Source: a virus (Duplodnaviria > Caudoviricetes). From it: a DNA stretch of 51,419 nucleotides. The notes under the pieces are model-generated. The model was not told the origin of the DNA and did no database searches. It saw only the letters and a list, made by a program, of their open reading frames with translations. The translations under genes and the position numbers were made by a program. Location: positions 1 to 51,419 of the IMG/VR virus record IMGVR_UViG_3300005301_000012; one strand, given 5' to 3'. This document shows, piece by piece, positions 15,694 through 24,756 of the stretch (positions within the stretch are counted from its first letter, which is position 1; each line of letters opens with the position of its first letter).

Positions 15694-16258
15694 AGTCAGC
15701 ACGAGACCGTTGCCTATGAATGCGGGGCTTGTCGAGGCCGCGATCCGTCGCCACGTCGACCATCGCCGCAACCTGCTGATTCCCGAGGCAGCGGTTCGTT
15801 TCGAACGGCCCGGCCAGCGTGGTTTCGATGAATACCGTGCGGACTTCATGATGGTCTCGGATGCGGGCTACGGCACCGAGCTCGAGGTGAAAGTGTCGAT
15901 CGCCGACTGGCGGCGCGATCTCGCGAAGCCAAAGTGGGTCTGCATGCCGTCGTGGATCAGCCGCTTCGTGTATGTCGTGCCCGTCGATCTGGGCATCCCC
16001 ACATTTGTTCCAGCCGGTGCTGGCGTCTGGCACGTCGTGCCGACACTCACGCGCCAATACAGCTCCGACGAAGTGCGGCCGCGTGCCGACGGTTACGCAA
16101 TCGTGGTCGCGCGCGCGCCGCACGTGAACGGTCGTGACAAGGTGCCACCGGCTGTGATCAGCAAGTGGCACAAGAATCTCTATTACCGCTATTGGGACCA
16201 GCGCATCCACGCCGAAGGGCGGATTGCGCGGCATGTGCGGGAGGGCGTTGCATCATGA
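15686..16258 (+). CDS. PD-(D/E)XK nuclease-like protein (MmcB-like)
   Basis: RADFMMV...ELEVKVSIADWRRDLAKPKW motif. Confidence 0.7.
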   Translation: MTEVSTRPLPMNAGLVEAAIRRHVDHRRNLLIPEAAVRFERPGQRGFDEYRADFMMVSDAGYGTELEVKVSIADWRRDLAKPKWVCMPSWISRFVYVVPVDLGIPTFVPAGAGVWHVVPTLTRQYSSDEVRPRADGYAIVVARAPHVNGRDKVPPAVISKWHKNLYYRYWDQRIHAEGRIARHVREGVAS

Positions 16259-17379
16259 GTTATGACGCACGTGTATGGGCGCGCCGCCAGCAGCTTAACG
16301 ACAGCTCTGCGAAGCACCTGCTGAAGACCTTTGCCGACTGGGCGAACGAGGACTACACGGTATGGGTAAGTGCCGGCGAGCTGCAGGCCGATACGGAGAT
16401 GAACCCGAAGACCATTTCGAAGTACGTGGCTGTCCTCGTAGAGATGGGATACCTGCGCGATACAGGCCAGCGGCAGGGCGCTACGCGGCAGATCGTCGTG
16501 TATCAGATGACCGCGCCGCCGGGCTCCATCATCGTTCAGACTGTCGACCAGCGGAACAATGGCGAGACGAAGACATACGGTCCGCCCGATCTCGAAGCGT
16601 TCGAAGCTACCCAAAAACGGAAGGCTTCCAAAAACGGTGGTGTTAAAGCCACCCAAAAACGGAACACTTCCAAAAACGGAAGCCTTCCAAAAACGGATTC
16701 AAAGCCCCCCAAATTAGGAGCGGAAGACCCCCAAAAACGGAGCGAAAGCCCCCCAAATTTGGTGGACGATAAGGTTTTAAGGGTTTCTGAAGAGGTTTTA
16801 GAGGGAGACGCGCGCGAGGCCGGCGCTGAAAAACCTCCCACACACACCGACGAAAAGGCGGACCCCGAAACACCGACCGCCGGATTCGATCGCTTCTGGG
16901 CTGCATGGCCCGGATCGTCTGGCCGCAAGCAGGCCGCCGTGCTGTGCCGTGCGCATTGGGACGTCTGCGGACTCGAATCGTTTGCCGACGAGATCGTCGC
17001 CCATGTCGTGGCGATGAGCCAGACGCAGCATTGGCGTACCGGCGGCGACCCGACGCCGATCCGGTATCTCGAGCAAAAGCGCTGGCGCGATGGCTTGCCG
17101 ACGGTTGAGCAGACCGCGGCGGCCGACGATGGCACGCCCTGGTACGAGTCGACACCCGAAGCGATCGAGGCGCGCGGCGCCGATCTCGGCGTGCGGCCGC
17201 GCAAGCCGGACGAAGCGATCGCATCGTACCGCGTGCTCGTGGTTGCGGCCTCGCGCGAGAAGGCGGCCGTCGATTTCGTGCTTCGCGACGCGAAGCGATT
17301 CAACTCTCATGCGCTCTACGAATTCGCCGTGGCGACGTTCGGTGACGAGCTGCTGCCCGTGGACTTCTACGCATCATGA
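16255..17379 (+). CDS. Replication initiator (lambda O-analogous)
   Basis: N-terminal wHTH, internal iterons, C-terminal FDRFWAAWP...YLEQKRWRD domain. Confidence 0.85.
   Translation: MSYDARVWARRQQLNDSSAKHLLKTFADWANEDYTVWVSAGELQADTEMNPKTISKYVAVLVEMGYLRDTGQRQGATRQIVVYQMTAPPGSIIVQTVDQRNNGETKTYGPPDLEAFEATQKRKASKNGGVKATQKRNTSKNGSLPKTDSKPPKLGAEDPQKRSESPPNLVDDKVLRVSEEVLEGDAREAGAEKPPTHTDEKADPETPTAGFDRFWAAWPGSSGRKQAAVLCRAHWDVCGLESFADEIVAHVVAMSQTQHWRTGGDPTPIRYLEQKRWRDGLPTVEQTAAADDGTPWYESTPEAIEARGADLGVRPRKPDEAIASYRVLVVAASREKAAVDFVLRDAKRFNSHALYEFAVATFGDELLPVDFYAS
16611..16803 (+). repeat. Iteron array / replication origin
   Basis: CCAAAAACGG at 16611, 16628, 16653, 16670, 16687, 16731; variants CCAAATTAGG and CCAAATTTGG; followed by GGTTT-rich tract. 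Confidence 0.85.
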
Positions 17380-17681
17380 ACAAACCTATTCGCTACGAGA
17401 CGACCGACGGCGGACCACTCGTATGTGCGGATTGCCGATTTGGGCGCGGCCGCGTACCGACCGGATTCGTGCGCGTGTGCCGTCACCCAAAAGCCATCTC
17501 TCAGCGCGAACCGATCGACGGTTGGCTGCCGACGTGTTTCAGCATGCGCTCTACCGGTGGGTGCTGCGGCCGATCCGCGTCGCTATTTGAGTTCCCAGCC
17601 TGCGACGTCGCCCGTGCGCTCAAGCGTCCGAAGTGGCCCGTCAGATTGTGGCAAGCCGTGACACGCCGGGTGCAGTCATGA
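17376..17681 (+). CDS. Cys-rich small protein (paralog 1)
   Basis: VCADC..RVCRHP..EPIDGWLPTC..MR..CG. Confidence 0.75.
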   Translation: MNKPIRYETTDGGPLVCADCRFGRGRVPTGFVRVCRHPKAISQREPIDGWLPTCFSMRSTGGCCGRSASLFEFPACDVARALKRPKWPVRLWQAVTRRVQS

Positions 17682-17944
17682 CGTTCGACGAATTGCCACT
17701 TGGGCTCACATCGTTTCTCGAGCGCGAGTCGTGGGTGCGCATTGCAGCTTCGGCATATCGCCATAATACGAGTGGCGATACCGAAATCGCGGTTGCTGAA
17801 ATGATCGACTATCTCCAGCAGTGCATCAGCAGCCTTTTCAGCTGTGGTGCGGCCCCGGATCCGTCTGTATTCGTTTGGCACCCTGAACGAGCGCTCTCTT
17901 ACTTTTCGATCGACGTGACCCTCGGCGCTGACACTGACAAATGA
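17678..17944 (+). CDS. Hypothetical protein
   Basis: Overlap-coupled at both ends. Confidence 0.6.
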   Translation: MTFDELPLGLTSFLERESWVRIAASAYRHNTSGDTEIAVAEMIDYLQQCISSLFSCGAAPDPSVFVWHPERALSYFSIDVTLGADTDK

Positions 17945-18357
17945 GCAACGTCATCGACATCGAAGATCTGCGCTTCACGCGCGACCGCCGGATCGTGCGG
18001 CCGCAGGCAGAGTGCAGCCACCGTCACATGACGATCGACGACAAGGGCCAGTTCATCAGGTGTGACGACTGCGGCGTGCAGTTGTCGCCGTTCTGGGTTG
18101 TGGAGCACATGCTCGAGCAGTACGAGCGCGCGAGCGCGAAACTCGCCGCCCGCGAGAAGCGCATGGCCGAGGCCGAGCAGCGCGGCGTTCATCTGCGCGC
18201 CGCCCAGGCAGTGGAGAAGGCCTGGCGCAGTCACACGATGGTGCCGGCGTGCCCGCATTGCGGCGAAGGCATTCGGCCGACGGATGGGTTGGGTCACACC
18301 CAGATCAACAAATCGATTGATGACCGGCGGCGCGCCGCCAAGAAGGGAGGCGTATGA
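17941..18357 (+). CDS. Zn-ribbon protein
   Basis: CSH, CDDC and CPHC motifs. Confidence 0.8.
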   Translation: MSNVIDIEDLRFTRDRRIVRPQAECSHRHMTIDDKGQFIRCDDCGVQLSPFWVVEHMLEQYERASAKLAAREKRMAEAEQRGVHLRAAQAVEKAWRSHTMVPACPHCGEGIRPTDGLGHTQINKSIDDRRRAAKKGGV

Positions 18358-18617
18358 ACGACAAGCCTGTGCGCGTGTGCGCGAAATGCAAATTCGGGAA
18401 CCGCCCGGTACCGCACGGACTGGAGCGTGTGTGCCGCCATCCGCGCTCGCCGGTCGAGCCGGTCAACGGTTGGCTTGCCACATGTACGTGGATGCGTACT
18501 GAGTTCGCTGCACCGTGCGGTGTGGAAGGCGCATTGTGGGAGGCCGCGCCGATTGCGCCCCCGCGCACATCGCTAGCGCGTCGGGTCGCACGCTGGCTCG
18601 GGAGCATCTTCAAATGA
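18354..18617 (+). CDS. Cys-rich small protein (paralog 2)
   Basis: VCAKC..RVCRHP..EPVNGWLATC..MR..CG. Confidence 0.75.
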   Translation: MNDKPVRVCAKCKFGNRPVPHGLERVCRHPRSPVEPVNGWLATCTWMRTEFAAPCGVEGALWEAAPIAPPRTSLARRVARWLGSIFK

Positions 18618-18892
18618 ACCGCAACTGCGTGATATTCGACCACACGTACGGTTCGCTCGCGGGGATGGAGGTGATAGTCGACGAGCAATACGACCGCGTT
18701 CCCCGAATGGTGGTTTCTACGAAATTTGCCGACCTGATGCCGCCGGAGTTCGTTGTGGAGCTCAACGCCTGGATGGTGGAGTTCTTCGGCACCACGCGCG
18801 AGCTGTATCGCATCGGCACGCACACCTTGGTGATGGGGCCGCGCTCGTTCGAACAGATCAAGTCCGTCGTGTCGCAAGGCGGCCGCCTGTGA
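18614..18892 (+). CDS. Hypothetical phage protein
   Basis: ATGA-coupled; VPRMVVSTKFADLMPPEFVVELNAWMVEFFG. Confidence 0.7.
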   Translation: MNRNCVIFDHTYGSLAGMEVIVDEQYDRVPRMVVSTKFADLMPPEFVVELNAWMVEFFGTTRELYRIGTHTLVMGPRSFEQIKSVVSQGGRL

Positions 18893-19092
18893 AAGCGACC
18901 ATCCGCGCCGACGGCATGCTCGTCGTCCAACCTGAGTCCGATCTCGATGCATATGCGCTTAGCCGCTGGAGCGCAGAGAACCTGAAGATCGATTGGTATG
19001 ACGCGGGGCGCGTGCGCGGCCATCCGATCATCGTTGATCTATCGGGCTACAACGTTCTGATTGGTGCGCTTCCCGTTGGGCATCGGTCATGA
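18889..19092 (+). CDS. Hypothetical protein
   Basis: GTGA/ATGA coupled ORF. Confidence 0.65.
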   Translation: MKATIRADGMLVVQPESDLDAYALSRWSAENLKIDWYDAGRVRGHPIIVDLSGYNVLIGALPVGHRS

Positions 19093-19718
19093 GCAAGGGC
19101 ACGGTCCGCTTCCCGGAGAGCGCGATCGCCGACGGCTGCGTCGGTACCGCGCGAATCCGCGAGCAGATCGCGGGTGCGGCGGCGCGCCTGGCATCGAGCG
19201 CTCCAGTACCGCTTGATGGCGCGCTGAAACGCTTGGCGCAGTACGAAGTTTCGGAAACGGCTGCGGCGGTTATGCAGGCGTCTGTCGTGGCGCTTGGTCT
19301 GGGTGTAGAGGCTGAGCGTGTCCTGGCCGATTGGCGTAACGCGCCCGATCTCTCGCCGATCGAGCGTATGCAGCAGCTCGGCCGGCTCGGCCGCGGCAAG
19401 CAGAACAAGACCGAGACCGCATACGAAGAGGAAGTGTTGAAGCCACAACTGCACGCCGGGGAGATCCTCTGGTACCGCTTCGAGGCGATCAAGCTGCGTC
19501 TGGCCGACAACACCTTCATCACTATCGACTTTCCTGTCATCACCGCCGCTGGCCAACTCGAGTTCCGCGAGGTGAAAGGGCGATGGACTGACGACGCGCG
19601 CGCGAAGACGAAGGTCGCCGCGGCTCAATTCCCATTCCGATTCATCGCGATACACGCCGTCGGCCGAGGTAGCCGTCGGACGTGGCGCGTCGAAGACCTC
19701 ACCAGCCGCAGCTGGTGA
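19089..19718 (+). CDS. DUF1064-like nuclease-fold protein
   Basis: NKTETAY..GEILWYRFEAIKLRLADNTF..IDF..EFREVKG.WTDDARAK. Confidence 0.75.
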   Translation: MSKGTVRFPESAIADGCVGTARIREQIAGAAARLASSAPVPLDGALKRLAQYEVSETAAAVMQASVVALGLGVEAERVLADWRNAPDLSPIERMQQLGRLGRGKQNKTETAYEEEVLKPQLHAGEILWYRFEAIKLRLADNTFITIDFPVITAAGQLEFREVKGRWTDDARAKTKVAAAQFPFRFIAIHAVGRGSRRTWRVEDLTSRSW

Positions 19719-19743
19719 TAACTCAACCATCCAGGAGCATTCC

Positions 19744-19980
19744 ATGCCAGTCCGCGCGAAATTCAAAGTCACGTCCACCACGCAACGCAAGCATTGGGAC
19801 ATTCAGAAGGGAAATATCCACGAGATCCAGTTGGAGCCGGTCGTCGGTGGCTCGCCGGAAAACGAAAAGTTCTATGCCGCGACGCCTTGCGGCGCGATCA
19901 GCCTGCAGACGCTGAACCACGAGGCCGGCTCGCAGTTCGTGCTCGGCGCCGAGTACTACATCGACTTCACACCGGCCTGA
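19744..19980 (+). CDS. Hypothetical phage protein
   Basis: AGGAG RBS; VRAKFKV..ENEKFYAATP.G..EYYIDFTPA. Confidence 0.85.
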   Translation: MPVRAKFKVTSTTQRKHWDIQKGNIHEIQLEPVVGGSPENEKFYAATPCGAISLQTLNHEAGSQFVLGAEYYIDFTPA

Positions 19981-20032
19981 TTGCATGCGCGGCCGCGCGC
20001 CGCGCCCCTCAAATCACACGGAGAAAATGGAC

Positions 20033-20239
20033 ATGAGCACTGCGTACGCGCCCCACGTGCAACGCGTTATCGATGAAAAGGCGGAGCTCGACGTGAAGCG
20101 CCGGAAGCTTTGTGAGTTCATCGACGCAAACCCCGCTTTCGTTCAGCTGTCGGACTATGACCGCGAGCTCCTCGTCACCCAATACCGAGTAATGACCGAG
20201 TACTCGTCGATTTTGCGTGAACGCATTCGGGCGTTTTGA
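20033..20239 (+). CDS. Small coiled-coil phage protein (crAss001_48-like)
   Basis: PHVQRVIDEKAELD..KL..FI..LL..QY..M.EYSSILRERI. Confidence 0.75.
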   Translation: MSTAYAPHVQRVIDEKAELDVKRRKLCEFIDANPAFVQLSDYDRELLVTQYRVMTEYSSILRERIRAF

Positions 20240-20244
20240 CCACC

Positions 20245-20562
20245 ATGAGCCAACTCGATATGTTCGGCGATCCTGAGCCGGTCGCTGCCAGCGCGCCGCC
20301 GATGTCGGATGCAACCGCAGTTCTTCGGGCCCAGCACGCGGAGCTGATCGAACTGCTGCCCGAGAAGCTTCGCCCGCAATGTGCGCCGGCGCTGCCGGTG
20401 CCGACTGGCGGCGCGCAGCTCGAGCATTGGGCACGCGTCACCCAGCGCATCTACCTACTGTATCTCGTCGGCGCGATCGCACGCGGCATCTATCGCGATT
20501 CGAGTGAAGCGAACGCTCCGTACGTGCTGATGAAGCTGAACGGCCTCGGGGGTGAGTGGTGA
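20245..20562 (+). CDS. Hypothetical protein
   Basis: MSQLDMFGD start typical of phage ORFs. Confidence 0.65.
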   Translation: MSQLDMFGDPEPVAASAPPMSDATAVLRAQHAELIELLPEKLRPQCAPALPVPTGGAQLEHWARVTQRIYLLYLVGAIARGIYRDSSEANAPYVLMKLNGLGGEW

Positions 20563-20912
20563 AGATGACGTTCATCGTGCCGGCCGAGTTCACGGTGTAC
20601 GGCGTGCCGCAGAAAGAGCGGCCGCCGTGCCTGATCCAGTGCGAGGTCGTCGAGCTCGTGCGCAGCTTCGCGCATTCGCCATGGAAGTTCCGCAACAGCA
20701 TGCGCCGAGGCCTGCGCGTCAGCTACTTGGCATACGTGCGCCTGCCGGCGTGGATTATCCCGCCGGAGAAATGGCCGCGGCTCGAGACCGGCGAAGTCGA
20801 ACTGCGCGTGCCGCTGCATTTCAACGTGCGCGTGCCGCTTCCCCAGTTTCCTGCGGACAGCAACCGCGTGCGCATCGATGACGTCGTCCAGTTGCGAGGC
20901 GAACCGTGCTGA
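20559..20912 (+). CDS. Hypothetical protein
   Basis: GTGA-coupled ORF. Confidence 0.65.
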   Translation: MKMTFIVPAEFTVYGVPQKERPPCLIQCEVVELVRSFAHSPWKFRNSMRRGLRVSYLAYVRLPAWIIPPEKWPRLETGEVELRVPLHFNVRVPLPQFPADSNRVRIDDVVQLRGEPC

Positions 20913-21373
20913 CCCGCAAGAAACCGCTCGTGAGCAAAACGCCACTGAAGCGCGCCGCCCCGATCGGCGTGCGGCCGTCTCCGGGTAGTTCGCTCACGCG
21001 CACGAAGATCGTCGTGAAGTCCTCGATAAAGCGCCTCGCCCGAAAGAAACGAAAGTGGCACGACGCGAAGATGCGCAACGCGTGCAACCGCCAGATCTGC
21101 TATCTGCGGGTGCCGACTCTATGTCCATTGCGAGATCCCGAAGAAACGATCATTCCCGCCCATTCGAACGAAAGGGTGCACGGCAAGGGCGGCGCGAGGA
21201 AGGCAGATGACCGCTACACGGTGCCTGCCTGTTTCTGGTGCCACGGATGGCTTGATCAGGGGCCGGCACCGCGCACATTTAAGTTCGCGACATGGCGGCG
21301 CGCATACAGGGAATGGTCGCTCGTGCGCGACGGCGTCGTCGACGAGTCAGTTCAGGAGTTGGTCGATGAGTAA
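20906..21373 (+). CDS. DUF1364-like HNH-related nuclease-domain protein
   Basis: CYLRVPTLC..PAHSN..HGKGGARKADD..VPACFWCH.WLD. Confidence 0.8.
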   Translation: MLTRKKPLVSKTPLKRAAPIGVRPSPGSSLTRTKIVVKSSIKRLARKKRKWHDAKMRNACNRQICYLRVPTLCPLRDPEETIIPAHSNERVHGKGGARKADDRYTVPACFWCHGWLDQGPAPRTFKFATWRRAYREWSLVRDGVVDESVQELVDE

Positions 21374-21977
21374 GCGAAAAACACACCGGCGCCCTTGGTT
21401 GCCCGAAGACGACGCGCTGCTGACACGACTTTGGGCAGATCCGATGCCGTTAAAGGCGCACTTGCACCTTTTTGCCGGTCGCTCGTACGACTCGCTCATT
21501 CAACGCGGGAAAACGCTCGAGCTGCCAGATCGCCGCCGAGATATGCGGCTTGCACGCTCGGAAGCCACGGTCGGAGCGCGGATCCGCGAGCAGATGGAGC
21601 TACTTCCCGGAACGACGCTTGAATTGTCGATGCGTGCGATCGCGTCAAAACGCACGGTGCAGAACTTCATCGAGCGCCACCGCGGCGATGTGCACATCGT
21701 TGACTATCGCCCTCGCGGCATTTCCGGACCGCCACCGGCAGTGTTCGCTTGGGGTGCAGGTGAGGATCTTCCGCGTCCGGAGCCGCAGAGCCCAACGGTA
21801 GCAGCGCGCAAGTACTACCGGAAACGGCGGCGGGATCCATATCAGCGCGAGCTCGACGCGGCTCGTCAGCGCATTCGATACGCAGAGCGCACCGGGCAAC
21901 TGGTAAAGCGCGATGCCGCAGCGATTGCGTTATTCGGCGACGTAGGCGGCGCGCATGGTGATGACAGGGCCACTTGA
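21366..21977 (+). CDS. Putative DNA-binding protein
   Basis: PWLPEDDALL..GRS Myb-like start and basic C-terminus. Confidence 0.7.
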   Translation: MSKRKTHRRPWLPEDDALLTRLWADPMPLKAHLHLFAGRSYDSLIQRGKTLELPDRRRDMRLARSEATVGARIREQMELLPGTTLELSMRAIASKRTVQNFIERHRGDVHIVDYRPRGISGPPPAVFAWGAGEDLPRPEPQSPTVAARKYYRKRRRDPYQRELDAARQRIRYAERTGQLVKRDAAAIALFGDVGGAHGDDRAT

Positions 21978-22149
21978 GGAATGGGAGTTCCTGGATCCCG
22001 CCGACGTGCTCGAGCGAAAACGGGGTGAGCGGTGCGTCGGTTGCATGCATGCGGTACTGCGCAAAGACCATCTGGGCGCACCGAAGAGAGTCTGCAGGAA
22101 AGGTAGGAAGTACGGAAAACGGTGCGCGAAATACAAGGAAATCACATGA
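21955..22149 (+). CDS. Small Cys-rich basic protein
   Basis: DPADVLE..CVGC..RVC..KRC. Confidence 0.7.
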   Translation: MVMTGPLEEWEFLDPADVLERKRGERCVGCMHAVLRKDHLGAPKRVCRKGRKYGKRCAKYKEIT

Positions 22150-22832
22150 CGGACACGGACCAAAAGCTCTTTCGCACGGCGCAGGACGCAATCATATTCG
22201 CCTTCAGCTATTCAATGCAGACGCGCGACAGGTCAGCTGTGGATAGGATGGCTGCGCCGTCGCCCCGCACAGGCAAAGGATTGAGCGGCAATGATGGCGC
22301 GGCGCAAGCCGGCATGATCCGCCGCGAGCTCGAGCAGTTGACGGCCATCGAACGCGCTGTGCTCGTTGCAAGGTTCGCGCCGCGTTCATCGCCATGCGCA
22401 TGCGGCCGTGCATGCTGCGGCGGCCACACGCCAAACCCCGAATATCAGGATGCTATTCGCACGCTCGAGCAGGCCGCAATGTCGATCCTGCCGCCGGGCA
22501 CGCTCGTTCATTACCAACTGCGGCGCGGCCTGGTCGAGAAAGCCACTGGTATCAAGATCGAGATCAAATCTCTGGCGATCAAGTGCGGAGTCGCCGAACG
22601 GACCGCATACGCGCATTGGGAGGTGATCAAGCACTGGTTTCTCGGTACAGCGAAGCCAAAGAAGTCGAAGGAAGCCAAACGTAAGCGAGTCGCTGCCGGC
22701 GACGGCATCGTGGATATCCCGAACGAATCCGAACTTGTGCCCGAGGTCGCTACCGCCGTCGATGGCATTGAATCGAAGGCGCGGAAGCATGCCGACGAGC
22801 TGCTCAGCGGGCTCGATTTCGTGAGGTCGTGA
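22146..22832 (+). CDS. Putative late-gene regulator (Q-position)
   Basis: Last early gene; CACGRACC motif, C-terminal HTH; followed by a promoter and terminator. Confidence 0.65.
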   Translation: MTDTDQKLFRTAQDAIIFAFSYSMQTRDRSAVDRMAAPSPRTGKGLSGNDGAAQAGMIRRELEQLTAIERAVLVARFAPRSSPCACGRACCGGHTPNPEYQDAIRTLEQAAMSILPPGTLVHYQLRRGLVEKATGIKIEIKSLAIKCGVAERTAYAHWEVIKHWFLGTAKPKKSKEAKRKRVAAGDGIVDIPNESELVPEVATAVDGIESKARKHADELLSGLDFVRS

Positions 22833-22843
22833 CGGACAAATAG

Positions 22844-22871
22844 TTGACTTCCGTAAAATCGACGTTAATAT
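22844..22871 (+). promoter_or_regulatory. Late promoter (pR'-like)
   Basis: TTGACT-16 bp-TAATAT. Confidence 0.65.
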
Positions 22872-22905
22872 ACGCATCAATCTGACACTGTGAATAAGTG
22901 TCTCC

Positions 22906-22938
22906 AAAGCCCCGAGTCGCTCCCGACCGGGGCTTTTT
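22906..22938 (+). terminator. tR'-like intrinsic terminator
   Basis: AAAGCCCCG...CGGGGCTTTTT just downstream of the promoter. Confidence 0.8.
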
Positions 22939-22973
22939 CATTGGTGCAGCATGGTTCGCGAGAAGGTGAGCGG

Positions 22974-23225
22974 ATGAACAAACCGAAGTCGAAGGTGGCG
23001 GCCGCCGCAGCGGAACGACCGACCATCGGCAAAGGCGTCATCGTGCGCTCGCCGTTCTTTTCGAAGCCTACTGCAGGCATCTTGATCGGCACGTATGACG
23101 AAGACACGACGGACGTCATCGTGCAGGCATTTCCGGTGGGGCGTGAGCCGCTGCAGATTCCGGCTATTCCGTATTTCGAAACGGAGCCGGACGACACTGT
23201 GCGCTCTGCGGTGTGGCTGGCGTAA
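22974..23225 (+). CDS. Hypothetical late protein
   Basis: MNKPKSK..RPTIGKGVIVR; AAGGTG RBS. Confidence 0.7.
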   Translation: MNKPKSKVAAAAAERPTIGKGVIVRSPFFSKPTAGILIGTYDEDTTDVIVQAFPVGREPLQIPAIPYFETEPDDTVRSAVWLA

Positions 23226-23890
23226 TCACGATCCGCGTCTCGTCGAACGCGAACGAGATTGCGCGGGGCCTCGACGATTTCATCCGTCGCCAGTTGCCGT
23301 TTGCTATCGCCCAAGGTGTGAATCTCACGGCTACCCGGGTCGCCGGCGACGAGACCGAGAACATCGTGAGGACGTTCAAGAATCCGTCGCCATTCACGCG
23401 CAAAGCCGTCGGCATCAAGCGCGCCAAGAAAGGCTCGCCGACCGCGGTTGTCTTCATGAAAGACGCCACCGCGGCCTACCTGCAGCCGTACGAAACCGGC
23501 GGCACACACCGACTCGCGGGCACCGCGCTGCTGAATCCGAAGGACATCAACCTCAATCAGTATGGTCAGCTGCCGCGCGGCATCATGGCCAAGCTACGAG
23601 GGCGTCAGGACATCTACATCGGTGTGATCCAGACAGCCAAAGGCAAGATCAACGGTGTCTGGCAACGGCTTGATGTGACGAGCAAAGGCGCGACACGTCG
23701 CAAGCGTGTGGCACGTGGTGGTCTGTACGACAAGCATCTCGGTGCGCTCAAGCTGCTCATCCGTTTCGGTGACGCGCTGCCGGTCAGGCAGCAGCTCAAC
23801 TGGGGCAAGAAGGCCAAGCAGACGGTCGATCAATGGATCGACCGCGACCTGTCAACCGCGCTCGCCGCGGCCCGCAGAACGGCCCGTTAG
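23213..23890 (+). CDS. Putative virion morphogenesis / tail completion-like basic protein
   Basis: RQLPFAIAQGVNLTA...F..PSPFT pattern; sits before terminase. Confidence 0.6.
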   Translation: MAGVITIRVSSNANEIARGLDDFIRRQLPFAIAQGVNLTATRVAGDETENIVRTFKNPSPFTRKAVGIKRAKKGSPTAVVFMKDATAAYLQPYETGGTHRLAGTALLNPKDINLNQYGQLPRGIMAKLRGRQDIYIGVIQTAKGKINGVWQRLDVTSKGATRRKRVARGGLYDKHLGALKLLIRFGDALPVRQQLNWGKKAKQTVDQWIDRDLSTALAAARRTAR

Positions 23891-23942
23891 GCCGCTGGCG
23901 GGGACCAGGGAGGGTGCCCGGTCGGAGAGCCCATGGCCCGGC

Positions 23943-24151
23943 GGGTCCTTCCGGGGGCCCCTCGATAACGCGGGCATTGCGCGCGCCCGTTTCTCCCGTT
24001 CCACTGGGTAAAAAAATCCCGTTACACGTTACACCTATGGCGGCATCGAACGCAGCGCAAAGCCACGCGGCGTCTGGGAAGCGTGGTGTAACGAAGGGTG
24101 GTGGCAAAACTCGGGGGAAGGCCCAAGCCGTTACACCGGCTGTCGTTACAC
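23943..24151 (+). other. Putative cos packaging site
   Basis: GGGTCCT (identical to lambda cosQ) at 23943, GC-rich cosN-like stretch, five CGTTACAC repeats. Confidence 0.7.
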
Positions 24152-24168
24152 CGGCGGGCAGCGACGGG

Positions 24169-24756
24169 ATGATTGGCAAGGCGGCGCTTTGCGAAGCGCT
24201 GGGCTGGACGCGACCGAAGCTGGACCGTCGGCTCGAGAGCGACGAGAACTTTCCGATCGCGCAGCGCGGCACCCGCGCCGGCGGGTGGGCTTTCGATCTC
24301 GCCGCGGTGCGCGCTTATCTGGAAAGCGGATCGCGCGCACCGGCGTCGTCACCGGCGCCGACGGCGGGCTCGCCCTTCGATCAGCGCAGCGATCCGCAGG
24401 CCTCAGGCAATCCATACCTTGGGGCGAAGTACTCGGTCGTCCCGCCAGCCGGCGTCGAGCCGGTCGTTCACTCCGGTGAGCAGACCGCGCGCCAGCGGCG
24501 CGACATGGTGCAGGCCGAGATCCTCGAGGACAAGCTGCGCCGCGATCGCGGCGAGCTCGTGCAGGCAGAGGCGATGCGCCAGGTGATCACGAAGATGCTC
24601 GTGCACCTTGGCAAGGGTCTCGACCGTCTTGCCGACCAGGTGGTCGACAAGCTCGGCCTGCCGGAGTCGAACGCCGACGACATCCGGGATCTGACCGACG
24701 ATCTGCGCGCAACGATGGTCGACGAGCTGAACGTATTGCTGGGTCCCGATGCTTGA
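24169..24756 (+). CDS. terS: Terminase small subunit (Nu1-like); alternative start at 24037
   Basis: N-terminal HTH MIGKAALCEALGWTRPKL, coiled coil RRDRGELV; precedes the large subunit. Confidence 0.85.
   Translation: MIGKAALCEALGWTRPKLDRRLESDENFPIAQRGTRAGGWAFDLAAVRAYLESGSRAPASSPAPTAGSPFDQRSDPQASGNPYLGAKYSVVPPAGVEPVVHSGEQTARQRRDMVQAEILEDKLRRDRGELVQAEAMRQVITKMLVHLGKGLDRLADQVVDKLGLPESNADDIRDLTDDLRATMVDELNVLLGPDA

Noticed and set aside
16611-16762. Repeats as a CRISPR array
   Set aside because: 10-bp units with short spacers inside a replication gene; no cas genes
23972-23981. GGGCATTGCG resembling the repressor operator
   Set aside because: Imperfect, lacks the flanking bases and is better explained as cosN
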